The notes beneath the pieces were generated by a model. It was given only the letters and a program-made list of their open reading frames with translations. It was not told the origin of the DNA and searched no databases. 64,000 nt of DNA from Narcine bancroftii (lineage: Eukaryota), in assembly GCF_036971445.1 (NCBI RefSeq), contig NC_091469.1, positions 219,170,001 to 219,234,000 on the forward strand. The letters run 5' to 3'. Each line of letters begins with the position of its first letter. Position 1 is the first letter of the stretch. The position numbers and the translations under genes were made by a program. This document shows, one piece after another, positions 12,431 through 24,830 of the stretch.

Positions 12431-13063
12431 CTAATTAATTTATTCGTGTCCTGGCCAATATCTAAACTAACAGGGTAACTTAACTTCCATCTTTGGATAG
12501 TGTGAGGGAACCAGAGCACCAAGTGAAAATCCATTTGGTCACAGGCTGCTACATTCATGCCGCATCAAAAATTCTCCTGTGGGATCGCTGTGTGGAACAA
12601 CCTCTAATAGCACATAGATTAGTTGTCTTTAATGGCATTTAGATACTCTATTCCCATTAGCTGACCAACCTTCATTAGTTGTGTACGCTCCAGATCTGAA
12701 TTAGTGCACAATCATCAAAAGTTGGGTCGGTGACCTAGACATTGAAGATGTAATGTCAACGGTTTCAATACTGCAAGCCTGAAGAATTTTCTTTTGATTG
12801 AATGCAATGGAGCCAGTGTGGCAGCCAGGGAATATTAATTTATTTTAAAATGAAGTTGGAAATAAAAAGTGTGAGGAGTTACACTTAGGATGTCAGATGT
12901 AAAGGGAACTTGTAAAGATAATGAAAACATTGATGTGCAGATAGATCTGGGAGTCCAGGTTGCCAACTCCTTGAAAGTGGCAATGCAAGTAGCTCTTTAT
13001 ACAGAGGCTGGTTGGTTCCTGGAATGGACTGCCAGGAGTCATGGTGGAAGCAACTACAAATAG

Positions 13064-13328
13064 TGTAGCATGCTGGATGCGAGTGAGTGAACAGACTGGA
13101 GGCACAGACTGTGAGCTCTGAGGTCGCAGCAGGAATGTTTATTTAAACTTTGCGTGCTTGCTTTTCATCGGTGCGGCTGCTTGCGTCATATTGATGCAAG
13201 CGAATATGCCAACTTCCGTCGTGGAGTGGAAAAGATGGGAGAGCATCGCCATCTCTGCTGTGACTGCCCCGCCGACTGTGCAGAACCAGCGGGGTCAATT
13301 CGTCGAGGCAGATTTATGAGTCGCCACA
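13064..13328 (-). repeat. 3' LTR of the CsRn1-like Gypsy
   Basis: tgtagc...gccaca; aligns with 16947-17217; adjacent PPT at 13329-13338. Confidence 0.9.
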
Positions 13329-13699
13329 TAACCCTCCCGCCAGAACCGGAACAAGTGGCGACTTGGCATGTGGGAAGCCTGCCTCTGCGTGGTGGCCGCC
13401 ATATAGGGTCGGCCTATGTCTGGTCCAGATGTGCTGTTTTCAGGCAGTCTACCGTGAAGATCTCCTCCCTGTTGCTGACCTGCAAAGTGAAAGTGGAGGT
13501 GGTGCAGTGGAGTACCTTGTAGGGTCCCTCGTAGGGGTGCTGGAGTGAGGCTCTGTGGCCACCCCTTCGCACAAACACAAAAGCACAAGTCATTAAATCT
13601 GTGGGTACATGAGTGGGGGGTTTACAGTGTCTGGTAGGGGCTGACGGAGATGCTGTTGGAGATGCTGCAGGTCCCTGTGGAGGCCCTGGGGCTGTTGTG

Positions 13700-16200
13700 A
13701 AGTCAGGGGTAAGAATTGACCTGGCACTGTGAGCATCTCATTGTAGAGCATTTTGGTGGTGGAAGCCTACAGGTCCTCTTTGGGGGCTGTGCGGATGCCA
13801 AGGAAGACCCAGGGAAGCTGGTCCACCTAGTTGGGGCCATCTAGGCATGCCATGAGGGAAGCCTTGAGATGATGGTGGAACTGCTCAACCAGGCAATTAG
13901 ATTGGGGGAGGTATGTGGTGATGCGGTCTATGCCCAGGAGTTTGGCCAGGTCTGACTACAGGGACAATGTGAATTGGGCTCCACAGTCCATGGTGATGTG
14001 TGATGGAATGTTGAAATGGGTGATCCAGGAGAAGAGGAATGCCCTGGCACAAGTGTCTGTGGCTATGTCAGGGATGGGAACTGCCTCGGGCCAACTGGTG
14101 TGTCTGTCTACTTTTGTGAGTAGGTATCTCTGGCCCCTAGAGACGGGGAGGGGCCTCACGATGTCCATGCAGACATGTTGGAAATGGGCAGGTGAGGGTC
14201 TGGATTTTTGCCAGTTGGCAGTCGGGGCATGCCCATGCCCACTCTGTGACACATTTATGTAGGCCGTGTCAGATGAATCTGGTGGAGACCATGTGGACTG
14301 TGGTGTGGATGTAAAGGTGAGACAGACCATGTATTAGATGGAATACCGCCTTGTGTTACTTCGCTAGGACCACTAGCCGAGGAATGTCAGTGAAGACCCT
14401 GCAGAGGATAGTGGTCTTGCTGTCTGCCAGGTGGAGGCTGGTTAGGGTTGTGTGGAAGCAGGCTGTGTCCGGGTCTGACTCCTGTGTGCAGGCCAACTCA
14501 TAGTAGTTGCGACTACTATGGCTGGCCTGGAGAGGGAGTCCATGACAAAGTTGTCCTTGCCTGAGAGATGGCATATATCGGTGGTGAATTAGGAGATGTA
14601 CGATAGGTGTCTCATCTGAGGAGCCAACCAGGGTTCTGAGACCTTGGTGAAGGTGAAGGTCAATGGTTTGTGGTCGGTGAAGACCATGAAGTCTTGGCCC
14701 TCAAGGAAATAGCGGAAATGGCATATGGACAGGAACAGGGCCAGCAATTCTCTGTTGAAAGACCTGCATTTGAACTTGGGCAGGCATAAATGGCGACTAA
14801 AAAAGGCAAGTGGCTTCATGTACTCTTCATGAACTGCTGGAGGACTGCTCCTATCACTGTTGTGGACGTGTCAAGTGTACGGGCGGTTGGGGCCTCCATC
14901 TGTAGGTGCATGAGCATGGCTGAGCTGGGAGGGCATCCTTCATCTTCTTGAAAGCGGCAGAAGTGTCAGTGGCCCAATGGAGTTCTTTCATGGAGGCAGA
15001 AATGAGGTCAAAGAGGGGTCACTCAATAGCAACAGCCTGGGGAATGAACCTTTTGTAGAAATTGACCATACAAATTCCTCCAGGCCTTTCAGTGTGGCAA
15101 GCTGTGGGAACAGGTGATTGGCCTCTACTTTGTCTGGGAGGGCACTGTGCCATTCTTGGTTATACTGTGGCCCAGGAAATATATCTGTTGGCAGCCAAAA
15201 TGGCGTAGGTGGGAAAAGAGTTGGTGGAGGTGTGGTGGCGTTGTGCTTGCCACCAAGATGTTGTCCAGGTAAATAAAGAGGTAGGGCATGTCACGCCCTA
15301 TGGCATCCATTAGTCCCTGGAACATTTGGTTGCCATTTTTAAGGCCAAAAGGCCTCCGTAGAAATTCGAAATGCCGAAAGGGATGATAATGTCCGTTTTT
15401 TGTACGTTGTCGGGGTGGACCAATATTTGGTGGTAGCCCCTGATGAAGTCGACCTTGGAGAAAATATGGGCACCATTGAGGTTCGCCGTGAAGTCCTGTA
15501 TATGTGGGACTGGATAGCAGTTGGGAATGGTGACATCTTTTAATCTCCTTTAATTGTCACAAGGTCTCCAACTGTTGTTGGACTTTGGTACCACGTGTAG
15601 AGGTGAAGGCCATGTGCTGTCTGACCTTCAGACAATTTCCAGCTCCTCCATGCATACAAAATCTTCCCTTGTGAGCTTGATCTTGTCGGGTGCCAGCGGC
15701 GGACCCTGGAGTGGATGGGCGCACCCTTGGTTGAAATGTGGTGCTACCCTCCATGGGGTGGCTGAATATTTGAAAACTATGGGCGCAGGATGGCTGGAAA
15801 CCCGGCGAGGAGGCATGAGTATAGTTTGTAGCCATCTCTACCGCGGCGAGGTGAGTGGCCTGTTCGTTTGATGATCTGAGGGGGACGGTTTGAAATGTCT
15901 CTGCATGTTGTAGCTGCCTGCCCTGTAGGCCGACGAGGAGACAGTGTGTCCGGGGAAAGTCTTCTCCCAGCAGGGGCTTGTCGACTGTGGCCAGTCCGTA
16001 TCGCCAAAATGCAGGGGAATGTGGAGATGGCAGAGTTGTTGGCTGTACAAAGGGTGGGGCCACGTGGTCTCGTGCACATCTCAAGGGAACTGGGTGGAAT
16101 GACACTAATCTTGGCTCCCGTGTCGACCAGTAACCTGCAGCCCGAGATGCTGTCCCACAGATGAAACAGGCTTTTCGTCTGGCTAGCCATCACGGTCACT
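13700..16200 (-). pseudogene. pol: pol (PR-RT-RH-IN) of the CsRn1-like Gypsy, frameshifted
   Basis: LVDTGA protease, YLDNILVAS RT, KPLAFFSR...FTDHKPL RNase H, FQHVCMDIVRPLP...WPEAVP integrase. Confidence 0.88.
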
Positions 16201-16901
16201 AATGATGGCTGGCCCACTCGTTTCCCTGAAAGAGCAGGGTTGATGGCATTTTCATGCCTCTGCCCCCCCCAGCGTTGGTGGTAGAAGCACAGGTGTGACT
16301 CCATGGACCTTTGAGCCTGGCAGGAGGGGCATTTATCTGCTGGCGGGTTCAATTTGTGGGGCGGCTGCTGTGGCAATTTGGTTAGTCGGTGAAGGGCCTC
16401 TAGATTTTTATGTTTCATGTGGTAGAGGACGTCGACCCCAGCAGCCACCTTCCTAGCGTTGCTGAAATTAGCGTCAGCAAGCAGGAGGCGAATGTCCTTG
16501 GGCATTTGCTCCAGGAAGGCCAGTTCGAAAATAAAACAGGGCTTATGTCCTTTCACCAGTGTGAGCTTCTCATTCATCAAGGTGGACTGCATGCAATCCC
16601 CTAAACTGTCTAGGTGCAAGAGTCTGGCTTCCTTTTGTTGGTGTGAGAGACCATAGGTGACTATGAGGAGGTTCTTTAAGGCCAGGTATTTACCCTCCGC
16701 CAGTGGCGCTTGGATGAGGTCATCCACATGGGCAGCGGTCTCCTGGTCGAGGGAACTGACAATGTAGAAATACCTGGTGGAGTCCAAGGAGATTTGTTGG
16801 AGCTGGAACTGGACCTCTGCCTGGCTGAACTGGGTGCGTATCCAGTTGGTCCATAACTTGAGTAGCTTGAACGCTACAGTGCCGATCACTGCAGGATCCA
16901 T
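16200..16901 (-). pseudogene. gag: gag of the CsRn1-like Gypsy
   Basis: ORF 15777-16901 N-terminus (KLWTNW...FSQAEVQF...TRYFYIVSSLD) and CFYHQRWG, the start of a CHCC-type knuckle. Confidence 0.85.
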
Positions 16902-16930
16902 GTAGTGAGAGTCTCCAGAACATCAAGACT

Positions 16931-16944
16931 CCTCAGGGTCACCA
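16931..16944 (-). other. Primer binding site, tRNA-Trp-like
   Basis: Minus strand TGGTGACCCTGAGG, 2 nt after the 5' LTR; canonical Trp PBS is TGGTGACCCCGACG. Confidence 0.8.
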
Positions 16945-16946
16945 AT

Positions 16947-17217
16947 TGTAGCGTGCTGGACGCAAGTGAGGGAACAGACTGGAGACGCAGACTGTGAGCT
17001 CTGAACTCTCAGCAGGAATGATTATTTAAACCATGCACTTGCTTTTCAGCTGCGTGTATGCCTTGCCACTTGAGTCACGTTGACGCAAGCACCCACACCA
17101 ACTTCCATCATGGAGCAGAAGAGTTGGGAATGCGTCGCCATCTTTGCTGCGACTGCCCCGCCGACAGTGCGGAACAAGCGGGGCTGTTTCGTCACCGCAG
17201 ATTTGTGCGTTGCCACA
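16947..17217 (-). repeat. 5' LTR of the CsRn1-like Gypsy
   Basis: tgtagc...gccaca; 8 mismatches to the other LTR in the first 60 nt, many at CpG sites. Confidence 0.9.
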
Positions 17218-17529
17218 GTAGCAGCTTTCCAGGGGCTTCTTGATAGACAAATGGAAATGCAGGCAATGATTTTGCATGTCACAGTGTGTGCAATGGCTTT
17301 GCCAAATGCCTTTGGCCTCAGGGTCTGCTGAATTTTAAGAGTGGTACTCAGCACTAAAACACTTGTTGCAAGACTCTGCAATGATAAAGCATGTTCCACT
17401 GGGGGCTCTTGAATTTCTAGGACAGTCTTCTGCTACTGCCTGTGCCCTGTTTTGCATCCAGACTCTGGAAGAAACAAGGTGGAATAGTGGGTGGCTCAGG
17501 GGAGCAGCTGCTGTGTCACAGCTCCAGTG

Positions 17530-17725
17530 ACAAGAGCTCAATCGATAAGTGTGCAGATGACGCCACTGTTATTGGATAGATCTCGAATAATGACAAGATG
17601 GAGTAGAGGAATCTGCTGTCAAGGTATCAGGCAACAACCTCTCACCAAAGAAAGGAACTGCTTATTGACTTCAGGATGTGGGGTGGAGCACTTCTGCATT
17701 AATGGCACTGAAGTGGAGATGGTGG
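17530..17725 (+). mobile_element. Rex1/Babar RT fragment
   Basis: 'aagtgtgcagatgacgccactgttattgga' (K.ADD.TVIG) and 'aaggaactgcttattgacttcagg' (KEL.IDFR). Confidence 0.65.
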
Positions 17726-19639
17726 GTTAATTGGCCATTGTAAATTATCCCTCCTCATTTGGTCATTAATAAAATTATGAAGGTAATGTGGCGAGATTAA
17801 ATTATGCTAAAGTAGTAACAGGTGCTTGATGGTCAGTGCAGATGTGATGGGTCTGTGAAATAATTATTTGAAAATCTTCTGAGATATCTGTAGAAGCAGC
17901 CATGATAATAGACAAGAGGCATTTTCAAGTGGAGAAAAAGGAACAAAAATGTCTCCAGGCTCTTGCAGTGTCTGGTACTTTTATACTATGAATGGTAAAT
18001 CATCTGAAGGAATAAGGTCTATACAGTAATGGTTCTGTAGTACATTATGATATAGTAACAGAATGAATGTACTACAAAATCATTACTGTATAGACGTATA
18101 GTTTTGATTTATTAAAATGGTATCAGTTGACTTGTATTAAATCATGGTAAATGATGTGACATAACAATTTCATTCTGACAGGGCTATTGTGGCAGGGCAC
18201 ATTGTCATTGGATGAGCACTGACAATAAAGCCAATTCTTAATATTAGATTTATTAGGAGTTTCACCTTAGGAAAGGTATATTTTTTGTCCACATATTAAA
18301 ACACGGTAAATCTGCTACATATAAAACTCTTAACTAGACATTTACATTTCTGACATAATGCCAGGCTAAGGAGGTCCATTGCTTGTTCTAGCAGCTCTTG
18401 GAGGTAAAACATTAACTCAGCCTGAACCAACAAGATAATGTTGCTCTTTGATTGACAAAGCCACTGCAGAATTTTAAACATACATAATTTCTTGTATAAT
18501 TATTGTACTCTGTTTATTTTTGGCACCTTTTCAATCTGGGATAGTCCATGTTTCAACTTTCAATCGTGAACAATTCAATCCTCTCCCAAGGGTCATTGTG
18601 CACTAACTGGACTGGCGGGTTTTAATAGTTTTTAATAAATACTGATAAAAACTATGCAATAGTAAATTTAAAAAAATATATAGTAACCTTATTAAAAGTT
18701 TGGCACAATAGTCAAGATTACTTCATTCAATTTTACATTGATTTTATTTGACATTAGATTGAAAGCCAATTTTCTTATACTCAACCAATGTTTTCTATTG
18801 AATCAATACCCTCTCAAATCAGCTCCAGGCTTGGAATAACTAGATTTATACCTAATCTTTAAGTGTATGGTTTATATTAACCAGCAGGTGACCAATCTTC
18901 GTGTTCATTGCAATCCTACAGGATAAGGGTCAAAATCTTAGAAAGTCGCTTCCAATTTTATTTGGACCAGTATGTATTTTCTGCAGGTTCAGAGGCTGGT
19001 AAAAGAAATAATTAAGTTTTATTATAATATTCAAGTGACATATGAATATTTCGGTGGTGTTTCTTTGGTTAGTTTCAAGCCTTTGCACTGGTTCCAAAGT
19101 GTTTGCATGTGAATGGACTTCCAAGTTGGCCAAAATCTAGAATCTATAAATTGGAAGACAAAAAAAATCTGTTAAATTGTTCTGATGTTTTGGCACGTGA
19201 ATACTTCATGCTAATTACCTTTGATGCTTAACAAGAGAGATTACAAAATGTGGATTAGTTAGAGAGGGGTGCACAACAGTAATTACGCAATAACTCCTGC
19301 ACTCTTTCCACTGATGTACGGAGCATGGCAGGGAAATATTACACTCAAACAATTTACCTACAGAAGTAAGTTTCATCATCACATCCAATAGCACTGGCAG
19401 AAGCAAAACCTTGATTGTTATACTCAATAGTCTTATAATATTATACGTTAGTTATAAGCCTTTCAAAGGCTTACATAAAATCTCTATGTTCTTGTTCAGG
19501 CAAAAATAACATATCCCACATAATAAGACCTATGGGATATTTGGAGATTTACTGTTGGGTACTGGGTCAAAAATTGTCCCTTAAAAGAATACATTCAAAA
19601 TATCCGTATCTTTCTTGTCCCTTAAAAGCATGCAGCCAA

Positions 19640-22205
19640 AATATTTTTCTCTCTTTCTCTCTGTCTCGTTGTTGTTCTGACCATATATTCCTTAAAAACC
19701 CTCCCTACCTTGTAACCCTCTATTTTCCTTCTATTCATATGCCTGTCTGAGTCTCTTAAGTGCCCCATAATGTTTCAGTGTTCACCACCACACAAGGCAT
19801 TCCAGGCACCCATAACACACTGTGTAAAAAAAGCTTACCCCTGATGTCTCCCCTAAATTTCCCTCCCTTCACTTTGTACACGTCCTCTGGTATTTGCCTG
19901 GGAAACAGATGCTGGCTATCTATGCCTCTCATAATCTTGTACACCTCTATTAAGTCTCCTCTCATCCTTCCACGCTCCAAAGTGAAAAGTCCCAGCTCTG
20001 CTAACCTTGCCTCATAAGACTTATTTTCCAATCTAGGCAACATCCTAGTAAATTTCCTCTGCACCTTCTCCATAGCTTCCACCTCCTTCCTATAATGAGG
20101 TGACCAGAACTAAACACAGTACTCAGATGTGATCTCATCAGAGATTTGTAAAGTTTCAAAATGGCCACTTGATTGTTGAACTCAACACCCTCCCCCCCCC
20201 CCCCCCCCCCGTTAATGAAGCCCAGTATCCCATAGGTCTTCTTAACTATCCTATTACCCGGTGTGGCAACCTTGAGGGATGTATGGATTTGGACCCCAAG
20301 GTCCCTCTGTTCATCCACACTCTTAAGTAACTGACTATTAACCCTGTACTCAGCCTTCTGGTTTGTCCTTCCAAAATGCATCACCTCATTTATATGAATT
20401 GAATTCCATCTGCCATATTTCTGCCCAACTCTGTATCCTGCCTATTTCCTTTTGTAAACTTCAACAACCTTCAGCACCATCCAAAACTCCTCCAACCTTT
20501 GTACCATCTTTCCACCTCTTCATCTAAATCATTTATAAAGATCACAAAGGTCTCTGTGGAACTCCACTAGTCACTGACATCTAAGTAGAATATTTTCCTT
20601 TCACTACTACACTCTGCTTTCTACATGCAAGTCAATTTTTTATTCACACAGCCAAGGTTCCATGGATCCCATACCTCATGATTTTTGGAACAAGTTTCTC
20701 ATGGGAGACCTTGTTAAATGCCTTACTATCATCCACCACATCTACTGCCCTACCCTCATCAATTTCCTTTGTTACCTCCTCAAAAAACTCAATTAGGCTC
20801 GTGATGCACAACATTCTCTTCACAAAGCCATGCTGACTATCTCTGAGTTGACAGGGCTTCTCCAAGCCCTCATAGATCCTATCCTTAAGAATCCTCTCCA
20901 ATAGTTTGCACATCACTGATGCAAGACTCACTGGTCTATGATTCCCAGAATTCACCCTATTACATTTTTTTTAACAAGGGAGCCACATTTAGCATACTTC
21001 AATCCTCTGGCACCTCCCTTGTGCCCAAAGAGGACTCAAGGATCATAGCCACTGCCCCAGCTATCTCTTCCCTCACTCCCACAGCAACCTGGTGTATATG
21101 GCATCTGACCCTGGAGACTTATCAATCTAAATATTTTTTTAAGGAGATCCAACACTTCCTCTTGCTTAATCTCACACAGTTCAGCCCACAAGCCTGATCT
21201 TTTCTGACCTCACCCTGATCAAAGTCCTTTTCTCTTGTGAATACTGAAGCTAGGTATTCATTTAGGACCTCCCCAACCTTCTCCACCTCCAGGCACATGT
21301 TGCCTCCTTTATACTTTTTCCCATCTTCATTCTCATCATCCCTCTATTCTTCACATATGCATAGAACGCCTTAGGATTCTCTTTAACCCTACATGCCAAA
21401 GCCTTCTCATGCTGTAATGGAGGATTTAGACCAGCTTATGTAAGAAGGGATGCAGTTGCATCAGAAGACATAATCTAAATTCCACCATGAACCTCAGGAT
21501 GCGTATGAATTAGTAGACACATCTAAATTCCACCATGGGGCCCAGGGATCAATAGACATAATGTAATTTACACCATGAGGCCCAGAGATGCAGTTGCCTT
21601 TTGTTGGTCGCAGACTGTCAGGAGACCTTGAAGATAATTAAATAATTTATTCAAAGAGATAAGCTATGAGTAAACAATTTTTTGGGTAATATAAGCCATG
21701 GTCCACTGCTGAAGTGGAGACTCTCTGAGGGGTGGAAACGTCTCTCAGCAAGAAGTACTTCTAGAGTGCAGCTAACGGGGGAGGTGGAGAAGCTGCTACC
21801 AGCGCCCTGACAACCTACTACAAGTGTGCGGTCATTGCCTCGCTTTGGCAGTTGGGGCCAGTCCAGGCGTTGATAAGTATAATTGGGAAGGGGTTGCATA
21901 TTGTAGTTTGAAATCAGCTTTTGAATTTGTAATAAACATTTGTATAAACTGAACTACTCTCGGTGTGGGTGTCTATTTTCTTTCGGTAGCTCGAACACTG
22001 TGACCAATCTAAAATGAACAAAGTGAGAGGTACAAGTTTACCCAGGACACATGCCCCCTTTTAGCTCTGTCCTTTCTTAAGTTCTTTTTTGGCTACCTTA
22101 TACCTATCATGAGCCTTTCCTGTTTCCTGCTTCCTAACTCTAATGTGGCCTTCCTTCTTCCTCTTGACCGGCTGCCTCAACTGTTCGTTAAGCACAGTTC
22201 CATTT
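19640..22205 (-). mobile_element. CR1-clade LINE ORF2, decayed, interrupted by a solo LTR
   Basis: Minus-strand ORFs 20644-20955 (GNHRPVSLAS...SQHGFVK...KAFNKVSH), 20001-20384 and 19756-20082 (EKVQRKFTRMLP...RGDLIEVYKIM). Confidence 0.92.
21413..22049 (+). mobile_element. Solo LTR (unclassified LTR/ERV family), copy 1
   Basis: tgtaatgg...ggaca, perfect 5-bp TSD catgc (21408-21412 and 22050-22054), TATA-like 'taatataa' at ~21687, AATAAA at 21931, tandem repeats in U3. Confidence 0.88.
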
Positions 22206-22509
22206 CCCTTATCATGAGAATAGTCTTCAAGAGTTAAGGTTATTTCCATTTAAGAACTTTTCTAGTGATTTGATTGGGATGGTCAACGATGAGAGACTTT
22301 GACTGCTTCCAAATAGAAAGATTTTTGAGATGAGAAAATTGATGTGGTGGAGGACATTATGAAATCTACAAGAAAAGAATAAGCCAGATGTCAGGATGTT
22401 AGGCATTTAGTTTTTCAAAGCTTCGTTGTTGCTCTCGGTAATCAATTGTTGAAGCATCTGTCAAGAAAGGTTCACACGATTCCTTTAACAGGGCAGTCAG
22501 GAATTTAAC

Positions 22510-24085
22510 CTAAACACAATCTGCTGCAAAGATTTAGTGGGCCAGGCATCATCACAGAGAGAGAGAAAAAAAGAATGGTCAACATTTTGGGCTGGTCCTC
22601 TTCATCATGACTGGAAATGCAGAGAAAAGAAGCCAATGCAAAGAATACGTGTTGGGAGGAGTCAGGGGGCCGTGTGGAATTGGTGAACCAAGGAAGGGTT
22701 GAAGCATAATGGGCAGAGTCAGATGATTGGCAAATGTCAGAGGAAGGGAGATAGAGGTAAGAAAAACATGGGGGTGAAGTGGAGGACGATGAATCATATA
22801 GGGTGGGGTGGCTGCGAGCACTGAGAAGCAGAGAAGTTAGCAAAAGTAGTATAAAGAGAGACCAGATGGAATAAAAGGGAGAGGGGTGAGAGAGAGCAGA
22901 GCATGAAGTGGGGTATGGGGATGGAACAAAAGTGGAGGAGGAGAATGGGTGGTGATGCCATGTTGGGAAGAGTATCAGGTTCCGTGGGTTCGCAGAGAGA
23001 CGAGTCTAGACACAGGTGTTACAATCATATGTAACTTTAATTAACGGGAGACAAACAGGGGAGAACATTAAATGGTACCTGATTATTATTTTACTTAAGG
23101 AATAATATAGACCTAGATTGGACTCTGACAATTATGAACCTATACTCAACACACTTAAGTACCCACACTACAAACAGGAACTCTTACACCCACCCAGTTC
23201 CCTGTACCAATGGGGTGCAGCTCACTGCAAGTATTGATCTATCGCAATACTACAGCTCAGCTTCAGTGTAGTGCACACCTTACCAGCATCACTTCCAGTG
23301 ATGCCTACAGAAGAGACCTAGCGTGGAGCGGTGTACAGGGCTTGGACCACAAGACAGAGAGAAAGAATGTGCTGTGCGTTGGTGTTATATGTGGTGCTGA
23401 TATATGCTTCTAGTCAACAATGACCCTAGGTGATTTAAATTAGTCAATGGCAAGTTGTGCACTAATGGGTGGCCAGAGTCCAACCGTGATGGACAGGTAT
23501 ATGTCTCCTGAAAAAAGTTTCAGACAGGAAGGACATGTGACTACCTGCAATACGCACATTCTAGACAGGCCACGTTTCTTCCAATCATAACAGGTGGGGG
23601 TGGGAAATGGGACAAAAGAAGAGATAAAAATGTATAATTAATGTGAAGGAGAGGGTAAAAGGTGAAGAGTGTAAAGGGTACAGAGGAAGAAAGAGGGGAC
23701 TTATGACCTGGAATTAGAAAATTCCATGTTCCTACAATTGGGCTGCAGACTTTCCAGTCAGAATATGAGGTGTTGTTCCTCTAGTTTATGTTGGGCTTCA
23801 CTCTCTGGCATTGGAGTTGGCCAAGGATGAACCAGTGGAGAGGAAATGGGAAGGGGAGTTGAAATAGTATGCAACTGGAAGCTCAGAAGAGCCATTGCCA
23901 ACAGTAGAGATGCCCTGTGAAATGATCTCCAAATGTGTGCTTGGTTTCACCAATGTAGAGGAGGCCACCTTGGGAGCACTGAATGCAGTCGATGAGATTT
24001 AAGGAACTGTGTGCTTGGTCTCACTGATGTAGATGAGGTGACATCAGGATAATTCCAGCATCTGCAATCGCCTGCGTGTCTCCAG
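22510..24085 (-). mobile_element. Penelope-like element: GIY-YIG endonuclease end plus pLTR, decayed
   Basis: Minus strand ~24005-23700 reads ...CIQCSQGGLLYIGETKHTFGDHF...PVAYYFNSPSH...KLEEQHLIF...; pyrimidine-rich 3' region; degenerate hammerhead core at 22578-22611. Confidence 0.8.
22961..23592 (-). mobile_element. Unclassified LTR-like insertion inside the Penelope element
   Basis: Block interrupting a purine-rich tract; tgtt...aaca ends; minus-strand ATTAAA and TATA-like motifs. No TSD found. Confidence 0.35.
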
Positions 24086-24674
24086 TAATTTAAGGTAAGT
24101 TGCTTGGAGGCTGCATGTTATCTTCAATTTAGGTTCTTGAGGTCGTTAGGGGCAGCAGGACCAGAAGTAATCTCAGTGGGTGACGATGATGGGGTCGAGA
24201 ATCTTCTCTGAATGCCCATAGCAGACAATAAAGCCCAGTTTCAGTATCTAGCAAAACTGTTAACATTTTTCAGTAATTCTGAATCGGAAACTGAGAAATA
24301 AGGACGTGCCCAAGTGGAAAAGGCCAGGTGCATAATTCTGCAGTTGGATGAGGAAGGCACAAGTAGCATCGTCCCTTTGTTGCATCTGAAGGCTCTTCCT
24401 ATAGAATGGTTCCGCAATGCAGCAGGAAGGTGTTGACAGCTCCTCTCAGTATTGTAACTCCTCTGGATGTTTTTCATCAATTAAATCTGCTGCCTAAACT
24501 CAGGATGGCATTGCTGTCATATCTGGCCCTTGCAGCTCGGCATATGGAAGCGCACAATCGTTCCTGGGTGAGTGTTCTGAAGACCACACTTGTGATCCAG
24601 AGATAAGCTTAAATTGCATCGTGCCAGATATAAAATTAGACAATTAAATAAGATTCATATTAAAAATTAAATAA

Positions 24675-24830
24675 AAGTCGAAAGAGACTCTCAGATAGGC
24701 ACATGGATAGAAGGAAAAAAGAGGCTTATGGGTATGAAGTCGGGAAGGATTAGATTGTTGTGGAGTAGATTTACGTGGCACAACATTGTGGGTCTAAGGG
24801 CCTGTACTGTGCTGCAATGTTCTATGTTAT
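24675..24830 (+). mobile_element. CR1 LINE 3' tail
   Basis: 'gataggcacatggatag...ggcacaacattgtgggtctaagggcctgtactgtgctgcaatgttctatgtt'. Confidence 0.8.

Larger units (their letters stand above)
13064..17217 (-). mobile_element. Full-length decayed Gypsy LTR retrotransposon, CsRn1/Kabuki-like
   Basis: Paired TG...CA LTRs, PBS tggtgaccctgagg, PPT gggagggtta, gag-PR-RT-RH-IN order, TSD atag/gtag. Inserted in a CR1 3' fragment. Confidence 0.93.

Noticed and set aside
15777-16901. 374-aa ORF as a possible domesticated gag gene
   Set aside because: It lies inside a decayed provirus with diverged LTRs, conserved residues are degraded, and continuity depends on compensating indels.
20192-20209. Long C/G homopolymers (also ~6238, 11136, 58868, 59511, 62348) as G-quadruplex elements
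   Set aside because: They are slippage-expanded runs mostly inside TEs, and their lengths are unreliable in assemblies.
21455-21600. Repeats with spacers resembling a CRISPR-like array
   Set aside because: Three degenerate tandem repeats inside an LTR U3 in a vertebrate genome; no cas genes.
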